This document shows positions 50,620 through 62,347 of a stretch of DNA of 64,000 nucleotides, in pieces. This DNA comes from Entomortierella parvispora E1425 (Eukaryota > Fungi > Mortierellomycota): the NCBI GenBank assembly GCA_020891255.1, contig BQFW01000015.1, positions 2,356,001 through 2,420,000 of the forward strand, written 5' to 3'. The position numbers and the translations under genes are program-made. Numbering within the stretch: position 1 is the first letter of the stretch; each line of letters begins with the position of its first letter. The notes beneath the pieces are model-generated. The model was given only the letters and a program-made list of their open reading frames with translations. It searched no databases and had not been told where the DNA came from.

Positions 50620-51808
50620 GGATGTGAGCAAGGGAAAAGGGTCAAAGGTCGGTCGCCTTCAATCGGTGCAGTCGGTCGGTCAGTCGGTCGGTCAGTTCGG
50701 TCAACAGGACAGTCCAGGCCAGGTCGAATCCGAGTCAGCAGAGGGTGGATGGGTGAAGAGAAGAGAAGGGAAGGAAAGAAAGAAGAAGAGGATGGACATC
50801 GCTGTTGGTTGATTGATTGATGTGTGTGTGTGTGTGTCTGTGACGTGCCAACTGACTGGATGGCTGACTGACTGATAGGCAGATTGTGCGAGAAACAGCT
50901 TCATATGTCTGTTTCTCGGTCTTTCTCTGTTTGTTGTTGTTGTTATCTGTTTCATGGATGGATGGGCACACACGCGCCCATGTCTGTGTGGTTCATCAGT
51001 CCTCACTCCTCTTTCTCTCTCTCTCTATATCTCTCTCTTCTTTGGCCTGGCCTCCTTGTCTCTTTTTTTCTCTTTTCTCTTTCTGCATCGTTACCTTCAC
51101 GCCGTTCACTTTTGGCCCTTACCTCCAAGATGGCTCGTGTTCGCTTTGGACACAATAAATGGTTCTCGTCTAGTTCTCGCCCCGCTATTGGCTACCGGGC
51201 TTTTTGAATTGCTAAGCGTGAATGCACCTCATGCTGACTTTGGACTTGTATCTTCACCATTTGATAATACTTTTTTTTTTTTATTCTTCTTTCTTCTTCA
51301 AGGCTAAACATACAAAAATAATGAGAAAACGCGCAACATTGTGAGAAAAAAAGACGGGTGAAGAGAGGGGGGGAGGAATGGGGTCTGTGCAAGTTGGAAG
51401 AGTCCATTGTGCTGTCTGTGAAATGTGGATAGTGAGGTTGAGAGCCATCCATCTGTTTTACCACCGGATGGTAGGTTGGGTGAGAAAAAGAACAAAAGTG
51501 AAGAAAGCGGAAGGGTGAAAAAAAAAAGTGGGTATTACAACGTCCTGGGAGACTCTTCTCGGCTGCCAGCAACATGGCCGTGCTGTGCGCCTCAGGGTAT
51601 TATCGTTTTGCCTCGTGCAATGGGTGGTTCGGTCGTGTCTTTCTCGTCCTGTACAAGTTGTGTTCGAATGGGTGGGTGCCCCGTTCATTTCAGGGGCCCC
51701 TGGCTGTCCATGCAACGGCAGGCAACGCAGACAGGCATCGCCGCATGAACACTTGGTGCGTGGGGTCTCTACAAAAAGCTCTATTTCTCAGCAAACAAGG
51801 GTGCCATT

Positions 51809-53676
51809 CTAGAGTTCATTGTTCGCCCCTGACACGATCCGCATCATCCCAAATCCCTGCTGGAGTTGTGGCCCTGGTCCCATGTTGCTGTTACCGTTTC
51901 CGTTCATGTTGAAACTTCCGTTGTTGGGAAGAGCGCCTGAGGATCCCATAGACTTGCCCTGAAGTTGTGCTTCCAACTCTTGGTTTCGGCTCGACTGGGA
52001 GGCGACCAACTGCTGCAAGTGACGAATATAGTCCACAGACTTGCGCAAAATCACACCCTTGTTGGGCTTGTTGGCAGTGTCGACATATGTTTCAGGAAGC
52101 AAGGTTGAGAGTTCCTGGATCTTCTCGTTAATGTTGTCACGTCTCCGTCTCTCCACTATAGGCGCCGTATGTATGTAAGGGGGAGAATGGTTTGTCAGAA
52201 GGGATCCAATAAAACGGCGTGGCGGTGTCAAAAATGAGAATCGACAATCGATTCGACTATATGCAAATTGCAATCATATTACTTTACCTGCATTGTGACT
52301 CTCGCGTCGGCGCCTCCTCTTCTCGTTCAGCATCAAGGCGCGGTTTCCGCTCCTGGAAAAAGATTGGCAAAGGCAAAGGGTTAGATTCATGCAGCAAAAA
52401 AGAAAAGAAAAAAAAATCCACGAAAAGGCTCACAAAGAGCAACCATGTTCTGGATTTCTGCAACCCATCCACCTCACCACCGACGGTGGCGATCGGGCTA
52501 GAACGTGGTCTCCCCTAGAGTCACACAGTCTGCCATGTCCTGGAGTCGGATGGCTGGATTGGCCAGAGTCAACTCTTTCTTTGCTGTGCGTCGTGCCCCC
52601 GGCTCAAGTCATGTCATCATCTTTTTTCTTTTCCGTGCCCCCCTGGTTTCTAACCCCAACCATTCAGGTTGTCCTTTGTGCGCCTCGTGGCACCAAGATG
52701 ATGTACCAACAAAATTGTAAAAAGAGGAAAAAAAATAGAAAAAGTGGGAATCCCACACACCATCACAAAAAGATAGAACGAAAAGAAAAACTTACTTTGG
52801 CTCTGCTCCATCTTCAAAAAGACTGTCCATCATGCCCATCTCTCCAGGTGCAAACTGCAGTCCAGAAGGGTTCTCGAACGATCCGACCGGGTGACTATCT
52901 GGGGCACCAAACCAGTCTGATCTCTGGACGGGCATGGACATGCTGTGGAAGGGGTTGGTGGGCAAAGAACCCTGGTGCATCTGTCGCCCAAACTTCATGT
53001 CCAAGGGTCGTGTGCTCTTGGGCAGACTGAAATCGCCGTCGGGGAAAAAGTCAGACTCAAGTCCCGGTGAGTACAAGGACCCAGTTCCGGGCGATTCACC
53101 ATATGATCCCTGGTGAATGTTCAGCGGCGTGGGCTTGGCAAACGAGCCAGAACCAGACGCGGCAGCGTTCGGCGTGGAAAAATCATCGGGACTATCGAAA
53201 TCGTTCAAGGGCGAGTTCAAGGGCGAGTTGGACCCGGGCGAGAGCATACTGCTGGGTTCACCAAAGTCCATCTCTGAGGCCAGATAGTCGGGCGAGGATG
53301 CCTCTTGCTTGATGGACGGGTTTGAGTTTGGAGTGCTGCTGAGGGTGCTTCCTCGACCGAGGAGAGACTGATGGTTAGAGAGAGAGGTGCCCGTGCCGGC
53401 CGAGGTGGCGGGGAAGAGTGAGCTCATGTTGTGAAGCTGAGAGATGTCCATTCTGTTCATGGTCATTTGAAGCAGACCGGGGTCGATAGTGCCCGCAAAG
53501 GAATTGTTGGGGGTGCCAGCGGTATTGTGGTTGTTTGCATTGGGGAAGGGCATGGGCATGGCCATGGGGTGAGTCTGTTGCTGGCTCTGGTTCTGCTGTT
53601 GCTGCTGCTGGAGGTGGTAGTTTGTGGGGAACTGCAGCTTTGGTTGCTGCTGCTGCGGGACCTGTTGGCCAAACAT
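51809..53676 (-). CDS. bHLH-leucine zipper transcription factor, MiT/TFE/Rtg3-like; 3 exons (53676-52796, 52352-52288, 52155-51809)
   Basis: Splicing restores EKRRRRRESHNAVERRRRDNINEKIQELSTLLP...NKGVILRKSVDYIRHLQQ plus a heptad extension; Q-rich N-terminus. Confidence 0.9.
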
Positions 53677-55209
53677 GGGAGCTGTGCGTGTGTGTGAGAG
53701 TGTGCTGGCTGTGTGAGTGTGTGAGAGAGAGTGCGAGGTGTGAGGAAAGCTAGTCTGGGGTGTGCTCTTTTGCTGTATTAGTGCGTGTTTGTGTGCTTGT
53801 GCTTGTGTTGTGTGGGTGGGTGTGCGGGTGGGTGTAGGTAAGTGAGTATGAGTCACAGTGGGTGATGGCCAAGGGTGTGCGTGTTGATGAAGGGAAACAA
53901 GAAACAAGATGAAGGACAAAAGAAGAAAGAAGGGAAAAAAAAAAGGAATGAGACCAAAGAAAAAAAGAGAGGCAGCCATGGCTGAGACCGGCGCGGACCA
54001 GTCAAGTCGCGGGCAGGGGAAAAGCGTTCGCCCGTCCAACTCTGCGCGCAGACTCTGACTGGTCGGTCGGGACCCACTGCGTTGTGAGTGGTGAGGAAGC
54101 CAATTTTTACTCTCAACTTGGCCTACACGTCCAACCATGCAACAGGAGAGAGAGAAAGATGCTCATCCCACGCCTCCATCCTTCCCAAGCATGCATCCAT
54201 GCATCCCATCAACCTCGCGGCAACTTGCTCATCGCCCCCTTCCTTCCTTTTTTTTCCGTCATTTTTCCGTCCAGGAACAAACCTGCCCTTCCTTGGCCCG
54301 GCCTGGATGCGAATCCCATATCGAAAGGATAAAAATAAAATATGGGAGCTGCACAAGAGTCGTCACTTGCTCATCCCTGGTTCCTGTTCCAGGTTCTCCG
54401 TTGCCACGTTGTTGTGGTTCTCCTTTTGGTTCTGCCGTTGGCTCATTCCGAGCGGGCTGGGTGGAGCTGCGCGACAGTAAAGGCGAACAAGCGGAGAGAG
54501 AAAGAGAACCCACCATTCGAAGGGCAATACAAGGCAAACCAAAAAAATCAAAGCCAAGCAAGTGCAACGCAACGCAAGGCAACGCAAAGAAAAGGTTCAG
54601 GGCTTGTTCTGAGTTCTCAAGCCAACTGTCCATGCACCTCCTGTCTGCCTGTTTATCGGGAACAAGGGAATGACAGGCGCGCCTTAATGGTCGCACAGTG
54701 GGCAAGGCACGCGCAAAAACGGGGGACTTTGCCATGTGGCAAACCCCCTTCTTTCCTTGCCTTGACTTCGTCAGCCATACGGAAGACCTTATTCGACTTG
54801 TTACCCCCTTGAAAAAGCTGATCTGTTGTTGTTGTTGTCGTCGTTACTGATGATGTTGTTATTGTTGGGGTCAACATGGTTCCTCCCTTTGTCCCCTTGG
54901 ATTGACATCATGGCTCACTCTTTTGCCACCAAATCACGAATCACGTCTTCGACCCACCCCATTTTTGAAGTGCCGACAGAGTTCCTTTCTCCTTCCTTAG
55001 GAACACATGGACGAGACAACAGGATGGATAGGTCGGCATCCCTTTTACGCTCCCCTATCTGGCGACCCCAGCTCCCCTTCGTTTCTGACTCGTGATGGAT
55101 GAACTAGCCCCAACTTCAAGTTCTTCCTTTCTCCTTTTCTCTACATGCCTACACCCCCTTTGTCTGATTGGTAATGTCAAAAGCTTCCTCACTTGTCAAC
55201 CGTCGTCAA

Positions 55210-55320
55210 CCAGTAACGGATCAATTTTCCCGCTCTTTTTCTTGCTTTGTTGACGAGCTTGAGCAAGTGGCTGCCCCAAAGATGCTCACCCAGCACCATT
55301 GTATCTATATAGGGGATAGG
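55210..55320 (-). mobile_element. Possible short, decayed non-LTR (LINE) reverse-transcriptase fragment
   Basis: Translation PIPYIDTMVLGEHLWGSHLLKLVNKARKRAGKLIRYW has the spacing of the LINE RT thumb motif (L-x-W-x-x-H-x6-K-A-x-K-x-x-G-x-L-x-R). No YADD core or other element features nearby. Confidence 0.3.
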
Positions 55321-57686
55321 ACCACGACCATGGACGGTCGCTGAGTCGTGCATCAACAAGGCTGCAGCTGCTGCAAGTTTACCTAATATGTGATGCTCAA
55401 CAACCCTGGGAAAACAACACTGGCTGACCAAGATCGAAAGGCTCTCAGGGTGGGAACAACACAAAGAAGAAAAGAGCTCTCACTTTTTTTATTCTGTTCC
55501 CGCTTTCTTTCTCCACATCCATGTTGCCTCATACTAACGAACAAATATCAAATCACTATTCCCACCCACACGGAGCGTCAGACGTGTAAAGTAACTGCTT
55601 CTTCGGATGTCGCGAGACTTATAAGACACGACAGTAATGTCATCCGCGGAAGAAACGTGGATCTAGATTAACCAAAGGCCTACTGCGGCCCCCTGTGGAT
55701 GGTATCTCTGTCATGTGCGAGGGCTTTTGCGGTCCAACCAAGTCCTCCGTCCGGCGCTACAAACCCTGGTCTGGCTTCCAAGCCGCTCGTGACGTAGAGC
55801 ACGTGCTTTTGCCACCAAAATGAGAACATGTCTTTCTTGGGTGGGTTGGGCGTGTGGAGAAGTTCACGGGGGCTGAATGTTCATGGCAGGGTGTTGCGCT
55901 TGGATCCCCCTCTCTCTCCCAGCGTCTACTGGAATGTTGTCCTTTGTTTTTTTTTTTTTTTTTTTCGCAGTTGATGTTGTGGAATCTGTTTTTGGGTGCT
56001 GCGCCAGCAAGGGGGAGGAACAAGGACACACTCAAGCAGCACTGCTGCTCACGCACTGTTGATACGGTTGTCTCTACGACAAATGTCCAGCAGGTCTACG
56101 CTCATCCACTCGGACAGTCTGGGCCAGCAGAGAGAATACTGAAAACTCTGGTCCAATTTTAGCGAACGGGTCTCATTCCCTGTCCATGTGCCCATGGGTG
56201 CGCATCCTATTTTTACTCACCAGAGACTGTTTTTGGTCCAGCGAACAAAGCGTCGCTCTCGCGGCAGGGTTCAATTTACCGACGATTCACAACATAATCT
56301 TCCTCCCCTCGTCTTGAGTCAATTGTTCCGAAAACAGGTTTGCTCCATGGGCAAAGAATGGATTCTGGCCGCCTTGGAAAGATCAGCAAAGAATGGTCTC
56401 TGGAAACTTGTCTGAAAGAATAGGAGGAAGGGAGTGGGAACTTTTCTCCCCTTCCTGGGACGGAGAAACATCAACCCAGTCGACCCCCTCTGGGAGGAAC
56501 GTGCCCTTTCTAGACCTTTCCGTCCGAGGCGCAAACACTTGAACGAGCATGGTTTACTTCCAGTGGTTACAAATGCAAACACATGGATCTCGGGCTATCG
56601 ACCCTGTCTTTTTTCCTTTTTTTTTCTTTGTGATCCATTTCCACGCCGCCCGTCCGCTAAACCTTCTCTCGAGCCAGAGTGGGGCGTGAGACCATTCACT
56701 GACATGGCAACAGGTTGCAATCGTTTTCTCTCCCCTGTTCCACTCCCCTCTCTTCGATAAAAAGAAAACTACGCCGCTGCACGTTCACCTTGAACAATCT
56801 GTCATTCTTTTTTTAAATGTCTGTCTCTCCCCTGCACGCAACTCGCGCTCGGTTCCTCTTTTCACGCAACCGAGGGTCACCTGAGAAGTGTATACATCGT
56901 CTCGGAGGCACTGCTACCCCACTACTTTTTTTTGATCTCACCAAGTCGCCATCAAGATGTTCACAACACTCAGCAACAGGAATGATGAGAATAGAAAGCA
57001 ACGCCAGCATCTCCCTGACGCCACTCTATTTCTAGCCACCAAGCATGGCAAGACTCTTCAGTGCCAGAGGAGTACGGGAGAAGGAATATCTTTGTTGGTT
57101 GGGTGTGTTTCCCAACCGAAAGGGTACTTGAATGTGGCGTTCTCTCTAGCTGAATCTTGTTCCTGCTGGCCCAAGGGGAGGGAGAGAGAACGCGCTGTTT
57201 GTTCCTGCAGGCCGAGAAGTGACGAACAGCACGTTGTCCTAAAGATAGACCAGCGCTTTGTCCAGTTGACCTTGCTAAGAACAAGAATGGCAGATGGAGG
57301 GGGAGAGAAACATTCCTGCGCCCAACTGAACTTGTTGACTTAACCGTAAGTCTGCATTTGCTCGACAACAATAGAAAAAAAACAACCCACCCACACTTTT
57401 GTGTCTTTGGTAGCGTGCGAGGGGAGAGATCTCAACAAAACAGACAACTTCGGATTGATTGAATAGGAGTTCACGGTGCGTATCCAAGGTGGATGACATT
57501 CACTACTTTACGCCCTTCGCCCTTCTTCACAGCCGGCTGACCCTGTCGTCAACTATAAAAGAACCTCGAGGTAGCACCCTCTCCCATCTCATCCTCATCA
57601 TCAACACTCACATCTCTTCCTTCATTCTCAGCTGCATCTTTTCACTCCCCTACAAACGTAACAAACCCTTCTCTCTTCTATCCAAC

Positions 57687-58411
57687 ATGGTCAAAGCCAC
57701 CTTCGCGTTGCTCGTCGCCTCCATGGCGATGCTCCTTTCCTCTACGGTCGAATCGGCCCCCATTGAGTTGTCTTCCACAGGAAAGACAATTGCATTGATC
57801 TCGGCCAGCGAGTACTGCCTCTTGTTGCCACCCAACAAAGGTGGAAATGTAAACGCACCCTCCCTCCCACATGTCCGAGTGTTTGCCCTTGTCAGGCACA
57901 AATGTATAGGCAAAGAGTCTGACCTCTTCTCTTTCTACCTCCCTTCTTAGATCGCTGACAGTGAAGACTCGGCCATTTCCTTCTGCAATAAGGCCATTTC
58001 AACGGCTCCGAATGCCAAGACCCTTCCCTCTGGATTCATCAAGAGCGCCCATTTTGTTCACAACACCTCCAAGGACTATGTTCAAATCACGGTAGGAGAC
58101 GATTTTTTTCCGATGCTCCCTCCAATACAGCCCATTTTTTTTCGTTTTACTCATTTTCTCTCTTGTTCTATTCTCTACAATAGGGAAAGATTGATCGATC
58201 CAAGTATGACTTGTCCGCCGGCGACGGTGGTGGACAATACGATTTGAATGCCCCCCATGGTTCAGCCTGTGCAGGCTACAGCAGCTTTGTCCAGTTTGTT
58301 GAACCCGATGTTCAGATCTATTGTCTCCGTTGCTGCAAGAACAAATCAGATTGCCCCACCAACAGGTCAACAGACGGTTGCGAGGCTGTCTTGGGAGGTG
58401 ACTACTCGTAG
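57687..58411 (+). CDS. Small secreted Cys-rich protein (copy A); 3 exons (57687-57848, 57951-58091, 58184-58411); about 176 aa
   Basis: Signal peptide MVKATFALLVASMAMLLSSTVESA; CLLLPP...GG.IADSED.AISFC...LPSGFIKSAHF...YVQITG...DGGGQYD...C..Y..FV...EPD...YC.RCC...DCP.NRS..GC..VLGGDYS. Clear paralogue of 62348-63106. Confidence 0.88.
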
Positions 58412-58829
58412 AGGTATCCCAAATTGTTCTCTTTCTTTTTCGCTCCTTTTTTTTCAGGTCGCGAAACGCGCGCGTCCGCTCCATCTCGTCGTCATCTAAA
58501 TATCTTCAGAAATTAAAAAATGAACTCCTCCACATAAACCAGACAGACGTCTTTTGAACAGAAAAAAAAAGGAAGGGAGGGTTGGAGGGTGAGGCCCAAG
58601 GGCCATCCTTGTGTTTATCTCGCTCCATCTACTTTGGCTTTTCATTGTAGTACTTGTTTCTATAGCAGAGCTGTCATGAAAAGCATCTGACAAATCCAAA
58701 TTTCTGATAAATTGATGTGGTATATCCGCGATGTGATTGCACCAGGATGACCTCCTCTCAATTTTTTTGTTTTTTGTCTCTTCGTCTTTTGTTCGCTTTT
58801 CCTCTATTGCTCAGACCCCCTCTTTGACC

Positions 58830-61800
58830 ATGTCCACCACAGAAGTTGTCAGAAACCCTGGCCCTGGCACCAGAGGCCGAAAGGTGCAAATCACTGCCAA
58901 CTTTTTTGAAGTCAAGAACCTCCCCAATATCACAATTCATCATTTTGACGTGACCATCTCGCCCGACGTACCCCCGTCGACAAATCGAAAAGTTTTTTCT
59001 CAATTCATTGACCAGTTCCGTGTTTCTGACCTCCAAGGCGCCAGGCCTGTGTTTGATGGGCGAAAGAATCTCTTCTTTCCCAAGGCACCTCCCTTTGATA
59101 GTAGAACATTTGAGGTGATTACAGAAAGATACCCCTTCCTTTGACCTGGTTGAGCCGAGGGGTTTGGGTTAACAAGTTGCTAGTCTTTTCTTTTCTTGTT
59201 CATTAGATCGTCCTCCATGAAGACGCGAGAGCAAAGGGGACTCTTACGCCATCGTTCAAGATGAAGATCAAAAAGGTCAACGAGATCCACCTCAGTGAGC
59301 TCTCTCAGTTTCTCCAAGGCCAGATCCCCCTCACCAACAATTGCCTGACTGCGATCATGGCTTTGGATGTCCTGATCCATCACGAACCAGCCATGCTCTA
59401 CCAAACTATTGGTCGATCATTCTTCACGCCCCATGGAAGTCGTCCTCTCTCTGGTGGTTTGGATGTCTGGCGTGGATTTCATCAGTCGATTCGTCCAGCT
59501 GTAGGTAGGAACCAGGCACTTTCATGAACAACAAAAAAAAAAAAAAGTTTCAGCCTATTTACTCCCTCACTTGTCCACACGAACAGGGAAAATGATGGTG
59601 AACTTGGATGTCTCGGCAACAGCGTTCTACCAGAAAGGTTCTTTGGTCGAAATGATCGTGAAGGTTCTCGGGCTGCGAACCATTGGTATGTACAACTTTG
59701 CCCCATCGTCAGCAACCAAATACGAAATCCCCTATCCCCTACTGACTCGCTTCTCTCTTAAAACCCACCCAGACGATCTGCGTCGCTTGTCCGTCCCGAG
59801 TTTGAACCGTTTGGAGCGTCACATTAAAGGTCTCCGAATCCAAGGCACCCATAGAGAGCGCTCCTCACGCTCCTTCAGAATCTTAGGATTGACCAAGACC
59901 GCAGCCAACGACACTCTCTTCAGTCGACACGGCCAGGATGGGGCCGCCGCCACAGACATGATCGACGTGGCTTCCTATTTCAAAAAGGCCTACAACATGA
60001 CACTGTCGTTCCCTGCACTACCCTGTGTTATTGTTGGCAAGAGCGCCATGCTGCCGCTGGAGGTCTGCACCGTCGTCGAGGGTCAGCGCTACCCCAAGAA
60101 GCTCGATGGATCCCAAACGTCCGATCTGATCAAATTTGCATGCTTGGATCCAATTACCCGTGCCAACAACATTAAGGATGGTCTCCGTATCCTCAGCTAC
60201 GCCGAAAGCGATTACCTCAAAGACTTTGGCCTCAAGATCTCGAATGAAATGATCTCGATCCAAGCGCGTGTTCTTGACCCCCCAAAGATCAACTACAGAA
60301 CCGCCACCGGAGAGACTGGCTTTCTTCCTGTGAAGGGGGCTTGGAACATGTCAAACAAAAAGTTGCTTCAAGTGGCCACGTTGAAGTCTTGGGGGGTGGT
60401 TGTTTTTGACTCTGAGAGAAACACACCAGCGAGTTAAGTCCAGATGTTCATTCGGGAATTGGGCATCACCTTCGAGGAAATGGGCATGGCCGTCATCAAC
60501 AAGAATCCGCCCATCATATACAGTGGTGTCAACCCCGAGACTATCGAAGGGTCTTTGAAGATCGCCTGGGTCAGAGCCGGGGATGCGGTACAGTTGAGGC
60601 CCCAACTGTTGGTCTGTGTCCTTCCAAACATCGGTGTGCCCTTGTACGCCGAGATCAAACGCGTCGCAGATACGATCCTTGGAGTCTCGACCCAGTGTGT
60701 TCAGGGAAAGCATATACGCACTCCCAAGAAACAGTACTGCTCTAATGTTTGCCTCAAGATGAATGTCAAACTTGGCGGGGTCAACTCTCGACTGGCAGTC
60801 GGATCCCTCCCTTTCCTAGAGGAAAAAGTGACAATCATCTTTGGAGCAGATGTTACTCATCCTGGACCAGGTAACATTGTGCTGTTTTCCTAGTAAAAAG
60901 TCGTGGCAAAGAAGAGAGAACTCATGTTGCTCTTTCACCTTTTTTTTTTTTTGTAGGAGAAATTGATCGTCCTTCAGTCGCATGCCTGACTGCATCCATG
61001 GATAACAAGGCAGGGAGGTTTGCCGCGGCGATCCGTATCCAGCCTGCCCGCCAAGAAACCATTACTGATCTTACTGACATGGCGGTTGAGCTCCTACGGG
61101 CCTTCTATGCATCGTAAGTCCCATTTTATTTCCCTCTTGATCGGTGGTTCCCTCTCCCCCGACGGGTTTGATTCTGTCCCTGAATCAAATTTTTTGCCCC
61201 TTCTGTCTGTTGTAATGTGATGATTTAGAACCAATCTCACGCCGGAGCGGATCCTTTTCTACCGGGACGGTGTGGCCGAGAGTCAATTCGCGCAAGTGCG
61301 TCGAGACGAGGTCGCAGCCTTGAAGGCCGCATTCAAGCGACTCGACAAGGACTACAACCCTCAGCTAACCTTTCTCGTCGTTCAAAAGCGCCATCACGCC
61401 AAATTCTTTGCGATGCGAGCCGGCATGGGCGACGGTAAGGGCAACTGTCAGCCAGGGACAGTAATTGACACTGAAGTTGTCCATCCATTCGAGTTCAACT
61501 TTTACCTACAGAGTCATGCGGGCTTGTTAGGCACTTCGCGATCGGCCCATTACCATGTCTTGCACGACGAAGCTGGGTTCAGTGCGGATGACTTGCAAGA
61601 GCTGACCTACCGCCTCTGTCATTTGTATGCGCGCTGCACGCGAGCTGTTTCCAAGGTGCCATCGGCGTACTATGCTCATTTGGTCGCAGGCCGTGCTCGG
61701 TTCCATTTGAAGGGACAGAACTGGAGCGAGAGTGGTTCTACGGGTGCAAAGACCAGTTCAGGGGAGGAAGGAGTGACAGGAGATTCGACCTCCAGTGACA

Positions 61801-61960
61801 AGAATGGATTTGGTAAAGTCCATGGCAATCTCTCCAAAGGTAAGATGAACGTTGCTGAAGGAACATTTTTTTTAACTGACCTATGCTTTTGAGTATGAAG
61901 ACTAAGGCATCTTTGCTTTTTTTTATGCTTCGATTGCCAATAGTGATGTGGTTCATGTGA
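58830..61960 (+). pseudogene. Argonaute (N-L1-PAZ-L2-MID-PIWI, DEDH tetrad) with one in-frame TAA at codon 449; 7 exons (58830-59114, 59207-59504, 59587-59685, 59773-60870, 60957-61113, 61229-61839, 61944-61960)
   Basis: VFDGRKNL, GRSFF, VWRGFHQSIRP, PAZ YFKKAYN...LPC, GAWN, QCV...KMNVKLGG, GADVTHP, QE, FYRDGV, KRHH, GTSR, LCHLYARC, YYAHL, terminal VMWFM*. Exons total 2565 nt in frame, with TAA at 60435-60437. Confidence 0.85.
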
Positions 61961-62347
61961 GAACCATCCCAATGACAACAGTATCAGTTGTCTCCGTATT
62001 GCATCCGTGGGTGTTCTCTTCCTGCAAAATACCTTCTGCGGGGTGACAACCAACAACTGATTCAAAGAAACAAGAACTAGAAGGATGTCAAGATGTCAAT
62101 CAATAAACCGTTTCGTCAAAAAAAAAAAAAAAGGCTCGATTGCGTGTACTACATTCTCGCGTTTTGTGCCAACACCCTACTCCACTTTCCTCTTTCCAGG
62201 GATTTCAGAGGAGCAGTTCTCGTTAGAAGCTTACTAGCCGACCCCAAGCCCCAGCCCATAGATAGATCATCTCATTTCCCCCTCCACTTCAACCGTACTG
62301 AATGATGTCATGATTTTTTTTCTTTAATGTTCTATGCAATTCATGAT

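Noticed and set aside
55799-55806. CACGTG E-boxes (also 38010, 43978) as evidence of a bHLH/CLEAR regulon
   Set aside because: A 6-mer is expected roughly every 4 kb. No enrichment is visible near the sphingomyelinase starts.
60372-60443. 72-nt in-frame intron that would remove the Argonaute stop
   Set aside because: The donor (GTGGCC) is non-consensus, there is no pyrimidine tract, and it would delete the conserved LKSWGVVVF strand. Kept only as something to test in RNA-seq.
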